The translations under genes and the position numbers were made by a program. DNA of 32,000 bases, taken from NCBI GenBank assembly GCA_018985225.1, contig JADGIF010000009.1:1-32000 (forward strand). Direction: 5' to 3'. Shown one piece after another: positions 10,070-19,903 of the stretch. The notes under the pieces are model-generated. The model was not told where the DNA came from. It made no database searches and saw nothing but the letters and a program-made list of their open reading frames with translations. The stretch's first letter is position 1. Each line of letters begins with the position of its first letter. This DNA comes from Amoeboradix gromovi X-113 (taxonomy: Eukaryota > Fungi > Sanchytriomycota).

Positions 10070-13000
10070 TCATTTATTTAGTACATCTGAGCTTGTGAGG
10101 ACCTGGTTTGAATGATTAGAACAAATTGACTTCAATAATTTTACACGGTTGTGAGTGTGGCAGAGCTTATTAATTGTGTACATCGTAGTTTTAAAGAATG
10201 CTAGCAATAGAACTGTGCATGCAGCAATCATCAGATAGCAAATAATTGTAACAGTACTATATCTAGACTCGAATTCGCTGTCAATCAGTGCTAGGTATGC
10301 ATTCTGTGATGCTTCATATTCTGGAACGTGAACTAATTTAAGCTGCATTTTAATAATTGCATTAGACCAAACGAGATGATTCAATGTGAACAAATGGCGA
10401 GTGCCTCTTAGAATACTGTTATGACCAAGAGCAGGAGAGCCACAATATCTGCTATCCATACAGCCATTTCCAAAGTATTTCATTACGTTGTGCTGGTTCC
10501 AATAATCAATCGGTGAAGTGTTGTTACGCACACTGATATAACCAGTTGACTCACCTCTTCTTAATTCAGCGGCTAAGTCTCTAGCATTCATATATTCTTG
10601 TTGCATTGCCGTAAAAGCAAACTTTTGCTCTTCTATGGTATAATTTAAATTCATGGATTTAACGTAATAACTGCTACTTGAAGTTACAGTGTTGTCAAAG
10701 TATGTCCGGGCATATACCCAAGATTTTGCTTCAAAATAACGATTTTCTGTATCCTGCGCATCTTTGTATACAAAATAAACTATGATTAAGCAGACGGCAT
10801 ATAAAATTATGATAACATAAAACTTGAGTTTGAGGGTTTTAAAGATGTCCACAGTCTTTATGGTATGATGGCTCTCTTTCGCGGTCTTGCCTTTTAATTG
10901 TTGAGATAAACTTTTTAATCGGTTTAACGAATCGTCAAATTTCTTAGCATTCTCTGAGTATTCAAATGTCTGTGCATCCATTTCCAAGTCACTCTTAACA
11001 CCCTTGTAAAAGTGAATGAATATAGGAAGCATAAGACTTAACTTTATTAGAAACACAACTCCAAATATTGCCAAAATTAAAAATAACTTCTCTGATAATA
11101 TTTCACTGGATTGATCTTGGATGTCTATCCAAAACTTGTAGAAGTCAGACTGGTAACGAGGTAGATTCCTTTCAAGGTTATTAGATTCTGACTTATTTTG
11201 CAAATATTTATTGGCCTTCCATTGCAAGTCGTAATTACTTTCCTCGAATGAAATGTTTTGAAAGTTCCCGTTTTCATATTCTAAAACCTTTGCAGCAAAT
11301 GGGCTAACTCTCAGCTCACTGTATACATTAGCAGTGACGATTCCCTTCCAAAGCATCTGGACTTTAATGTTTGTCTCTTTGTATTCTGCCAAGTGCCCGG
11401 GATCTTGGAAGAAATCGTAGGAAAACTTTCTCACAAATCCCGATTGTACAGTAATTCCGTATGTCATTGCTGCAGCATTTGCACTTTGGTAATAGATTGC
11501 CTGACTTTTAATATAAAATACAACAAGTAGGAAAAAAATAACAAAAAATGGCAAAGAAGTACTAAATTGCACTGTGAAAAACATTTTAGTATTTCTGTAC
11601 AATTTGGCCACAAGCTTAGGCAGGTGGTCTGGGGTATGGAATAAAGATCTTCGGTGTTTTTCCATAAGCATTTCTAATTCTGATATATCTCCGTTAATTT
11701 CCAAATTATTTGAGACAGTAATTAAATAAGCCGCCAGTCCAGAGTTTAGGTCTAGTGCTATGCAAGATTCTCTATACAGAGATAGTAGATCAAAGGATGT
11801 AGGTACTCGAATCAATGATTTTTTCAAGTATAGTTTAGCTTGATACCATTTACTTTGAATATCTGCTGCAAAGGATATTAAAAGCTGAGTACTGATTTTG
11901 TCTTTTTCCAAAAAGTTTGTAAACAATTTGGTAGATGTAACTACCGAGTCTATGCTTTCAATAAATATATCTCTATCGTGTGAATAAGCTACAATGTCTA
12001 CTACGTTTTTTAATGTGATATTTGATTTGCTTGCTTTTTCAAACAGTCTTTTTTTATAGAACGAAAATAAAATATAGTGAACATCTATTGTTTTCTCTTC
12101 CAAGAACGTCTGATTTAATATCAAATCAGCATTTTGCATAAGATTGGGAATTATTTTTAAATTGGGAAATATAGAATTCGAACATTCAAGAAATATAAGA
12201 TATTGTGCCTTTAACCAGGTAGAGTTGATGAATTTTTTTTTACCACACTCAAACATTTGCAGGCATATTAATCTAGCGCAGTTTTCAAAGTTGCTATTCA
12301 GTTGTTTGACCAATTTATCCTGAATGTTTAAGCCGGGCTTGTTTTCCATTTCCACGCTCGCTAAGGAAATCTGTGCTACATACAATTTTCCTGGTCTGGA
12401 AACGTGATTATTGCTTTCCAAATCTAAAGAAGATCTTCTGACGCTACTAGAAGTAACATTATCAGCTTCCGCATTGGATTTTGCTGGTGGATTACACTCT
12501 AGTTGATTTAAAATCTTATTATTTCCCAAGGTTGCATTCACTTCAATTGGCTTTCCCGTATCTGTAACATTTACTTTCTTAACCAAAAGATCAGGATCAA
12601 AATCATCGTATTCGTTTTCCTCGCCATGGTATAGTTTAATTTGCGAAATATGTGCGTATCTTTTCTTTGAAAATACCAGACTACTTAATGTCCTAGTATA
12701 AGCCACAATATTATAGGGGTTCCAGAACAAACTCACCCATTCATCAATCGCATTCTTTAACTGTATACGATGTTTAAGAGATTTGCTATTGTTAAATTTT
12801 AAAGCAAGCAAATATATATTTGAAGGAATTTTTCTACTTTGATTATATGCGGAATAGATTAGCATTCCAAGACAGGAAGTAATAACAAATACTAGAATTA
12901 CAAGATAGCAAGCGTAAAAAGGCAAGTGAAGGTTCTCATTATAGCAAATTAGAAGTGCTATGAATGAGCAAACATCTAAAGCAAGTATTGCGCCGCTTCT

Positions 13001-13687
13001 GATCATGTTACTAGAATGATTATAGAAGGCTGGCAAGTAAAATGAGGTCACATAGAGAAAAGTCCATCCAATGACAAGAATCCAACAACCAACAATTGGC
13101 TCAAAACTAGAAAATCCAATAGCTACAAAGGTCTTAAACAAAATCTCAAAAGCATCAACCTTTTGACAATTTCTGCTACTATGATTCCTAGGATCTGGAT
13201 TAGGCGAAAACAATAGAAAGGAGCCCAATGAAACCAAGCAGGTATAAAACACAAGTATTCCGATTGTAATAATAGACCCTGGATCCTTTAATGAGATCAG
13301 AGTTAGCAATTGCTCCACAGTTGGAAAATACAACATAGTCGATAATATGCCGTACTGATATCTTGTTACTTTAAGAAGATTCGCAGTATAAATTCCACCT
13401 GAACTATGAACTTGATAGCATAAATGTGAAAATCCACACAGAAACCAGAGAACAAAAATAAAAGTTAATGTAGATAGATATGAGTTGCTTACACTAACTG
13501 TTAAACATGAGCATAGCAGCTGGAAAAGTTTATTGTTCCATGGAATTGTTTTATAAAAAACAAAAGCCAGATTTTGAAAAATGTCAGTAATATGTCCATA
13601 AGAAACCATTTTATCAATAACCTCGTTATCCTTGGTCAATAAATAAAAGACTTCAAACAAATTTGACTTGATAAAGTGGAGTAGCAT
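10070..13687 (-). CDS. Large multi-pass membrane protein, possibly TmcB/PAS-associated family
   Basis: ~1200-aa ORF with an N-terminal cluster of about 8-9 TM helices (LFEVFYLL..DIFQNLAFVF), a cytoplasmic helical region and paired C-terminal TMs. First ATG is at 13687. The family call is tentative. Confidence 0.6.
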   Translation of the reverse strand: MLLHFIKSNLFEVFYLLTKDNEVIDKMVSYGHITDIFQNLAFVFYKTIPWNNKLFQLLCSCLTVSVSNSYLSTLTFIFVLWFLCGFSHLCYQVHSSGGIYTANLLKVTRYQYGILSTMLYFPTVEQLLTLISLKDPGSIITIGILVFYTCLVSLGSFLLFSPNPDPRNHSSRNCQKVDAFEILFKTFVAIGFSSFEPIVGCWILVIGWTFLYVTSFYLPAFYNHSSNMIRSGAILALDVCSFIALLICYNENLHLPFYACYLVILVFVITSCLGMLIYSAYNQSRKIPSNIYLLALKFNNSKSLKHRIQLKNAIDEWVSLFWNPYNIVAYTRTLSSLVFSKKRYAHISQIKLYHGEENEYDDFDPDLLVKKVNVTDTGKPIEVNATLGNNKILNQLECNPPAKSNAEADNVTSSSVRRSSLDLESNNHVSRPGKLYVAQISLASVEMENKPGLNIQDKLVKQLNSNFENCARLICLQMFECGKKKFINSTWLKAQYLIFLECSNSIFPNLKIIPNLMQNADLILNQTFLEEKTIDVHYILFSFYKKRLFEKASKSNITLKNVVDIVAYSHDRDIFIESIDSVVTSTKLFTNFLEKDKISTQLLISFAADIQSKWYQAKLYLKKSLIRVPTSFDLLSLYRESCIALDLNSGLAAYLITVSNNLEINGDISELEMLMEKHRRSLFHTPDHLPKLVAKLYRNTKMFFTVQFSTSLPFFVIFFLLVVFYIKSQAIYYQSANAAAMTYGITVQSGFVRKFSYDFFQDPGHLAEYKETNIKVQMLWKGIVTANVYSELRVSPFAAKVLEYENGNFQNISFEESNYDLQWKANKYLQNKSESNNLERNLPRYQSDFYKFWIDIQDQSSEILSEKLFLILAIFGVVFLIKLSLMLPIFIHFYKGVKSDLEMDAQTFEYSENAKKFDDSLNRLKSLSQQLKGKTAKESHHTIKTVDIFKTLKLKFYVIIILYAVCLIIVYFVYKDAQDTENRYFEAKSWVYARTYFDNTVTSSSSYYVKSMNLNYTIEEQKFAFTAMQQEYMNARDLAAELRRGESTGYISVRNNTSPIDYWNQHNVMKYFGNGCMDSRYCGSPALGHNSILRGTRHLFTLNHLVWSNAIIKMQLKLVHVPEYEASQNAYLALIDSEFESRYSTVTIICYLMIAACTVLLLAFFKTTMYTINKLCHTHNRVKLLKSICSNHSNQVLTSSDVLNK

Positions 13688-14201
13688 CGTTAACTGGCCT
13701 CCCAATTAATCTTAGAATATCCAAAGATTTCACAATGACTTTTTTAGAAGTGCTAAATTTGTCCTCTTTTTTCCTACATAAGATACGCAAGACTAGGGGC
13801 ATTATCTATTAAAATAGAATCTATTGAGTATAAGCGGATTGTAACGAGAAAGAAAAATTGAGTCTTTAGAAGCCCCGCCAAAAATGTGCTTAACATAACC
13901 ATATCAGACTATTACGCAAACACTAGGAACATCATGCACAATAATAAGCCCCTGAATAGGATTTATTGCCCAAAGAACCTGTTCTGGAACAGATGCTGAT
14001 AGAAATGACAAAAGTGACTGTAGACTATAGAGGCAAAACGAAATATCATTAGAAATCGAAAGAAAGCGATACAATGCTAATTTGATGCAGCTGTGAATTG
14101 CTATGTACTTTGTTGTTACGAAATACCAAAGGTTATAACAATTTTACTATAAAGTGTGTCCCAATTAATTACTACTTTCTTTAATTTTGTTGAAACAAAG
14201 G

Positions 14202-14868
14202 ATGGAGTTTTATGCACCAAACAACTATCAATACCAACAGCCAGGACAGCAGCAACAACAGCAGAATAATTTGCCGTATAACCCCCAACACATTGCGGTA
14301 GACTATAGGGCAGCTTTCAGTACAGGAGGATTTCCAGGTGAAGAAGGCTTATTAGAAGAACTTGGAGTCAATTTTAAACATATCAAGACGAAAACTATCA
14401 CAGTGTTAAATCCTTTTAAACAAGTTGATGCTCACTTGATGGATGACACCGATCTTATTGGCCCTTTACTGTTTGCCTTTTTATTCGGTATCTTTCTGAT
14501 GCTCGTAATTTCCATTAATTTAGAGCGGCAAAGTACAGTTTAGCTATGTGTATGGATTTGCCGCCATCGGTTGCTTGCTAATGTACGGAGTCATGAACCT
14601 TATGAGTGATGTCGGGTTATCTCTAAGCCAAACTTCTTCAGTTCTAGGATACTGCTTATTACCAATGGTGCTTCTATCTTTGATTTCAGTGTTTATGGGT
14701 ATTTCCGATTTGCTATTAATGGTACTTTCTTCGTTTTCTATATTTTGGTGCACATTTGCCAGCTCGAACATCTTTGTGAATGTACTGAAAATGGAACGAC
14801 AAAGGATCCTAGTGGCATATCCGCTATTTCTATTGTATGCTACATTTGCGCTCATTGCAGTTTTTTAG
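14202..14868 (+). CDS. YIP1: Yip1-family Golgi/ER membrane protein, 2 exons: 14202-14504 and 14524-14868
   Basis: [27 protein letters not shown] and SVLGYCLLP. Splicing the 19-nt intron yields the conserved LML|[11 protein letters not shown]. Confidence 0.95.
14505..14523 (+). other. 19-nt spliceosomal intron (gtaatttccattaatttag)
   Basis: GT..AG boundaries; removal gives the canonical Yip1 motif LSGKVxFxYxYG. Confidence 0.93.
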
Positions 14869-15285
14869 TAAATATTTAATAATCAAACTTGCGCAATCTC
14901 GAGGTAGTTCAGCTATGATATATCATTCTTAGGTAAACCTCTAGATATTACCAAGAGACATTGAATGTGTTACTCAACAGTTCCTTCGCATCGTGAGTGC
15001 TAATAGTTTAAGACTGGGTTAAGTAAGTCTGCTATCGATAGTTGCACAAACTTGAGGAAGCCGACCATGTTCTTTATCATATCAACACCAAAGATGAACT
15101 GATAAAACGGCTCAGTAGCATCATGCTAATGCAGTAGATTTACTGGTGCTAATATTACATATATTTTATTCTGCTCTGTATATTACGTCTCAATTGCCTG
15201 ATTAAACGAGCCAGATGCATCACTATCAGTGCGCTTTAACGAAGGTACTGAGGGGTTCAAAATCATCATGTAGAACCTACGATAC

Positions 15286-16587
15286 TCATGCATTTCTTAG
15301 ATGTGGTGGTCTATACGGTAATCCGAGAAACTGAAATATATGGGCCTCAGAACTGCATGGATAGATTTCTTTAGAAATTTTATTATATATGCAAGTAGAA
15401 CTCAATGTGTATCCCATCTTCTTAGCATGCAATTTTATTAATCTCTCAAATGTAGTAGATCCAGTCCACGCTAATAAACAAAAAGGTAGCTGCTCCTTTG
15501 TACATACTACCAAGTCCACTTGTCTTGCTTTGCCATCGTGATAAATAACTGTCAGCGCTTTATCCAATTCCCAACTATCATTTTGCTTATTTGCAGTTAC
15601 ATAGCGATATTTCAGCCTCATTGAGATGGAAAATACATCCGCTAAGACACTATGCTTCTTTAGAGCATTCAATGATTGTTCAAGTATAGTCTCGCAGTAG
15701 TCATCTTTGTCATGGGACAGCACTATATCAATGTCGCCAGAATTCTCTTTGCCTCTTCTATAGCCGCCCACAGTTGTATTAGATATATTGTTAGCACTCC
15801 AGCTACATATTTCGTCAAGACTACGAACAATCTCACTTACTTTTTCACGACTCAATAAGTCCTTCAAATCACTTCGATATTTGATACCCAATTGAGCAGA
15901 TTTACTAAGTTTTACATTGGAATTCAGAACAGCTTCGATAGTATGATATCCTTTGCTGTACCATTCCAAAGCGGTTCTCTCGCCCACACCCCAAATACTA
16001 GTTAGGCTTGTAATAGCCATAAAACGATCGGTATGTTGGATTGACAGTGCTTCTTGTACCATATTAGTATCTACAAATTCCTGGATGATGGCACCTATTT
16101 TCGGTCCAACAAATGCTACATCCTTGAAGTTTGACTCAACCATTTCGCACAGTGACTTTCTACTAGCTCTGATACCTCCCATGGCATTACGATAAGCCAG
16201 AGAGTTAAAAGTCTCGCCATTAAATTCTCGCTCCTTTTGCAATATTTCTAATATAGATATCAGCTCTTTTTTTTGGCCATGATCCAGCGGGAAATCACAA
16301 AACACAAGTCTATCATCACTAAATGCCACAGATTCCTCATATACGATGTAATCGCACATCTTGATAGACTTATCGTACTTTAAGTCATCCAGATAGGCGT
16401 TGGAAACACATTTACAGTTCGATTGAATATGTTTAAGAATTCTTTTTTGGACAACCAGGCTGGTGATCACAATGCAGTGATTGGGATTTGCTAACAAAAT
16501 ACCCCCATTTTGTGTTATGAACTTCTCATATTCAAAAGCATTAGGCAGTTTCACCGGCAGAACAAAAAAGAATTGATTAGCAAACAT
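15286..16587 (-). CDS. POL4: Family X DNA polymerase with N-terminal BRCT-like domain (Pol mu/TdT/Pol4-like)
   Basis: HhH motifs VGPKI and IWGVGERTA, GGYRRGK..GDIDIV, RQVDLV, and LLAWTGS (W as in the mu/TdT type). Confidence 0.92.
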   Translation of the reverse strand: MFANQFFFVLPVKLPNAFEYEKFITQNGGILLANPNHCIVITSLVVQKRILKHIQSNCKCVSNAYLDDLKYDKSIKMCDYIVYEESVAFSDDRLVFCDFPLDHGQKKELISILEILQKEREFNGETFNSLAYRNAMGGIRASRKSLCEMVESNFKDVAFVGPKIGAIIQEFVDTNMVQEALSIQHTDRFMAITSLTSIWGVGERTALEWYSKGYHTIEAVLNSNVKLSKSAQLGIKYRSDLKDLLSREKVSEIVRSLDEICSWSANNISNTTVGGYRRGKENSGDIDIVLSHDKDDYCETILEQSLNALKKHSVLADVFSISMRLKYRYVTANKQNDSWELDKALTVIYHDGKARQVDLVVCTKEQLPFCLLAWTGSTTFERLIKLHAKKMGYTLSSTCIYNKISKEIYPCSSEAHIFQFLGLPYRPPHLRNA

Positions 16588-16893
16588 TATGTGAACACAG
16601 ATGAAACAAAGTATAATATTAAAAATTTACTAAAATAGCGAGTAATAGGATATTTAACGCAAAAATAGGCTCATTAATTTTGAAAACTCTTCTTATAGTT
16701 GTGCGTGGTGGTCTTCGTATACCGCCGTTTTATAGTTTTTTTCTTGTTACAGGCTCAAAAAATGCATCCGGTTTGATAATGCAACACAATTGCGACAGAT
16801 TAACCTTCTTTCTTTTAAAATTTGGGCGTTCAAGGCATTCTTGCATGTTAAAACTTGTTTTAAATTCTGCAAATTGCCGTTAAAACAGGCATA

Positions 16894-17492
16894 CTCCTCG
16901 TTAAAAGACCTGATTTCCGAGAAAATCGAGAATATCCACAGAGAAACTAATGCTAGATCTCCGTTAGAGTGATCGCCCACGCTTTCACTACCCCGAGGCG
17001 GGATTGAATAAGAATGCATATACTTGATGTATATGTTCCTTGCTGCCATATGATCTCTATCTATCTTCAAATGACAATTTGTACAGGTGTAAGTTTCTAA
17101 GTTGGTTTTCTTTAGAGTACCACACCTTGTACATGTCTGACTAGTAAATGAGTAAATACTTTATTGCATTCGACCATCGTCTTTCCTCTTTGCTTACACT
17201 TGAACTTCAAGCGTTCCTTGAATGTATAATGGGACATTGTGGCCATATTTCTTGCGACCTTGCTCGACAAGCTACTTAGCATCTAGCTCGTATTGAACGA
17301 GGGTAAGTATATCAGATCATACGTCTTTGTATGCTGTACCTGTTAGTTATTTCTTTAGAATTGATTTACCATTTGCGAAAAGGAAGAATATCAAGTATTT
17401 AAGCTATTACAAAAATCTCGAAAAGTCCTGAAATTATACAAAAATATATACAAATTCGCAATAAATGATTTATTCAAGAAAATAGTCAAGCT
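16894..17492 (-). mobile_element. Non-autonomous IS607-like TnpA/Fanzor2 element, copy A
   Basis: Collinear with copy C from left end AGCTTGACTATTTTCTTG to right end TTTTAACGAGGAG. Encodes a disrupted Fanzor2 C-terminus (YDLIYLPSF, FTSQTCTRCG, DRDHMAARNI). Confidence 0.9.
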
Positions 17493-17560
17493 GTCATGTT
17501 CAAGCTCATTTTCTCAATCAATGTCGCATTTATTGTATTATCTGTTCATTGATTAGAGAT

Positions 17561-18271
17561 CTAGAAATCTAGATCATTGTCTACATCCAAATCATCATCT
17601 TCATCGAAGTCATCGAATTCGTCAGGGACATAGTTGATGACGCCTTTTGATTCTTTCTGCTGATGCGGTAGTACCACTTTACTCTTCATCAACAGTTCAC
17701 CTTGGGTTAATTTTAAATTAAAAGTCAATTGATCCAAGACATTTCCCTCCTCATTTTTGATAGCGACCTTTTCCTCTTTTTTAATAAAAGCCTCGTAATT
17801 CTGGATCTTTTTTGTTTTTAAATTGTATATTTGAGTAGTCTTACCATTCAAGTACCAAGTTTCTACAACAAACTCATATGCATTTATTGTGGATAAATAC
17901 GATTGCAAAGGATCTTGCCTTATTAGTTTCGACAAGGCATTTTCATTTTGCTGATATTTCTCTAAAGTATGCAATTTAGTATGAGCGGCACCGTATTTTA
18001 TGAAATGATTCTTTGCAAACTCTATTTCTTTTTTATCATGAACCAGTGTATTTAAAGTAAAAGATATTTTATACTTATAATCATACACAATGCTATCTAT
18101 CGTATTGTTTATTACGTGGTCATTTACATCCACAATGTTCATTTTCCCCAAATCGAATCCATCTTTGTTAACATCGCTATTAAACATCAACGTAAGCAGT
18201 TCTTCAGGGATCTTAACCATTTCAAACTCAATGAAATACTGTCGTGGTCGCTGTATGGTTATTAATGGCAT
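17561..18271 (-). CDS. ELP5: Elongator complex subunit 5-like
   Basis: The C-terminus LTFNLKLT..VVLPH..INYVPDEFDDFDEDDDLDVDNDLDF matches the Elp5 C-terminal signature; the N-terminus is divergent. Confidence 0.75.
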   Translation of the reverse strand: MPLITIQRPRQYFIEFEMVKIPEELLTLMFNSDVNKDGFDLGKMNIVDVNDHVINNTIDSIVYDYKYKISFTLNTLVHDKKEIEFAKNHFIKYGAAHTKLHTLEKYQQNENALSKLIRQDPLQSYLSTINAYEFVVETWYLNGKTTQIYNLKTKKIQNYEAFIKKEEKVAIKNEEGNVLDQLTFNLKLTQGELLMKSKVVLPHQQKESKGVINYVPDEFDDFDEDDDLDVDNDLDF

Positions 18272-18312
18272 TGTTTTTACGGAGCGTTTTAAATTGAAAT
18301 TCCATTTTACTC

Positions 18313-18569
18313 CTCCTCGTTAAAATTCCTGATTTCCGAGAAAATCGAGAATATCCACAGAAAAACTAATAAATTCATAAGATAAGTTAAACCAGCAACT
18401 ACAATCACTGGTCTTCTGATGCGGGATTGGATAGATATGCAATTATCAATCTACATTCCACGCTCCCATTTTGTATCATTCCTTCAAATAGAAAACTAAA
18501 AACAAACTGCTAGAGCGATGAAGTTCACATAATCATGACAAATGATTTATTCAATTAAAATGGTAGACT
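18313..18569 (-). mobile_element. Highly decayed IS607/Fanzor2 element, copy B
   Basis: Well-preserved right end at 18313-18370, a residual internal match at ~18417-18441 and a left-end match at 18540-18569 (AGTCTACCATTTTAATTGAATAAATCATTT on the minus strand). Confidence 0.75.
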
Positions 18570-18633
18570 GTAATACTTTAAGAACAGATTCCACAAGAAG
18601 TAGAAAACTATCAAGAAAAAAGTCTCATAATGC

Positions 18634-19250
18634 AGCTTGACCATTTTCTTGAATAAATCATTTATCGCGAATTTGTATACATTTTTGTATCATTTCAAGA
18701 CTTTTCCAGATTTTTCAACAGCGTAGATACTCGATACTCTTCCTTTTCACTAATGGTAAATGGAAATGGATATAATCCCGAATGTCAAATCTAAAAAATA
18801 ACTAGCAGGTACAGCATACAAAGACATATGATCTGATATACTTACCCTCGTTCGATACGAGCCAGATGCTAAGTAGCTAGTCGAGCAAGTTCGCAAGAAA
18901 TATGGCCACAATGTCACATTATACATTCAAGGAACGCTTGAAGTTCAAGTGTAAGCAAAGAGGAAAGACGATAATCGAATGTAATGAATCATTTACTAGT
19001 CAGACATGCACAAGGTATGGTACTCTAGAGAAAACCAACTTAGAAACCTACACTTGTACCATTTGTCATTTTGAAGTAGATAGAGACCATATGGCAGCAA
19101 GGAGCATATATATCAAGTATATGCATCCTTATTCAATCCCGCCTCAGGGTAGCAAAAGCGTGAGCAATCACTCTAACGGAGCATCTGGCACTGCTAGTTT
19201 CTCTGTGGAAATTCTCGATTTTCTCAGAAATCAGGACTTTTAACGAGGAG
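18634..19250 (+). mobile_element. Non-autonomous IS607-like TnpA/Fanzor2 element, copy C
   Basis: Left end AGCTTGACCATTTTCTTG, then a TnpA start remnant fused to the Fanzor2 C-terminal region, then right end TAACGAGGAG. Confidence 0.92.
18818..19243 (+). pseudogene. Fanzor2 (TnpB-like RuvC nuclease) C-terminal fragment
   Basis: TKTYDLIYLPSFDTSQML..MSHYTFKERLKFKC..ECNESFTSQTC..CTIC..DRDHMAARSI. This shows LP at the canonical RuvC-II position, the relocated Glu before the Zn finger, and the RuvC-III Asp. One in-frame TAG; the N-terminal half is deleted. Confidence 0.9.
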
Positions 19251-19270
19251 AGCTAGCCCAGTAAAAAATG
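19080..19270 (+). ncRNA. Candidate omegaRNA (scaffold to 19250 plus flank-derived guide)
   Basis: The 3' segment is retained in copies A, C, D and E. Hairpins GTGA-GCAA-TCAC, CTGGC-ACT-GCTAG and GATTTT-CTCA-GAAATC. The position matches known TnpB/Fanzor omegaRNAs. The 5' boundary is a guess. Confidence 0.6.
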
Positions 19271-19903
19271 TGGCAAAATTTTACTTTTTCAGGATACATC
19301 ACATTGTTAGCGATCCTTTTCTTTGTTCCTACATCGAGAGTAAACGAGAATAGCGCCATGCTAAGAATAGCACATGCTCATTTCTGCTGAATGGTCCTTG
19401 ATGCTGTGGTTGCAAATACAGTTGCCTTACCGTATCTTTTTTTTTCGCTTTCTATGACACCTAAATATCTTACATTCTCTCAGTCTTTGTAATTCATATT
19501 CTGAGCCACTATCGTTCCCAAACTACCCTATGCACTGCGGACCCACCTTTTTTGGACCCATTGATATAAATGATGATTTTACTGCTAGATTAATAGTCGG
19601 ATAAGGCTTGCATGACATAGTGCTGCACAAAAAACAACTCAGGTTTTCTTTTTTATCACCGTTTGATTCTTCTCCAATGCACTTTTTACAGCAATCTTAA
19701 TTAGTATTGGCGCTAATGTCAAGATGTAGTTATGTGTCTTTCTCTTTTGATAACTATATTTCCTACAAAGTTTGCTGTCCGTTTCCATAGCTCATGACCA
19801 TGTCAGTAGTCACAAGTGGCAAAATTATACGTCTATGGAGAAATGTCATTCCTAATCATGTTACCTGATCTTTGCTATAAATAAGGTGAAAACGTACTTA
19901 ATT

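Noticed and set aside
16747-17070. ORFs 16747-17070, 18902-19243, 27063-27254, 27154-27519 and 30533-30718 as standalone genes
   Set aside because: They are fragments of the TnpA/Fanzor2 elements, lacking RuvC-I and the recombinase catalytic domain.
18634-19250. IStron (group I intron-IS607 fusion), suggested by GNRA hairpins and a terminal G
   Set aside because: No recognisable group I core between the left end and the tnpA start, which are only ~120 AT-rich nt apart.
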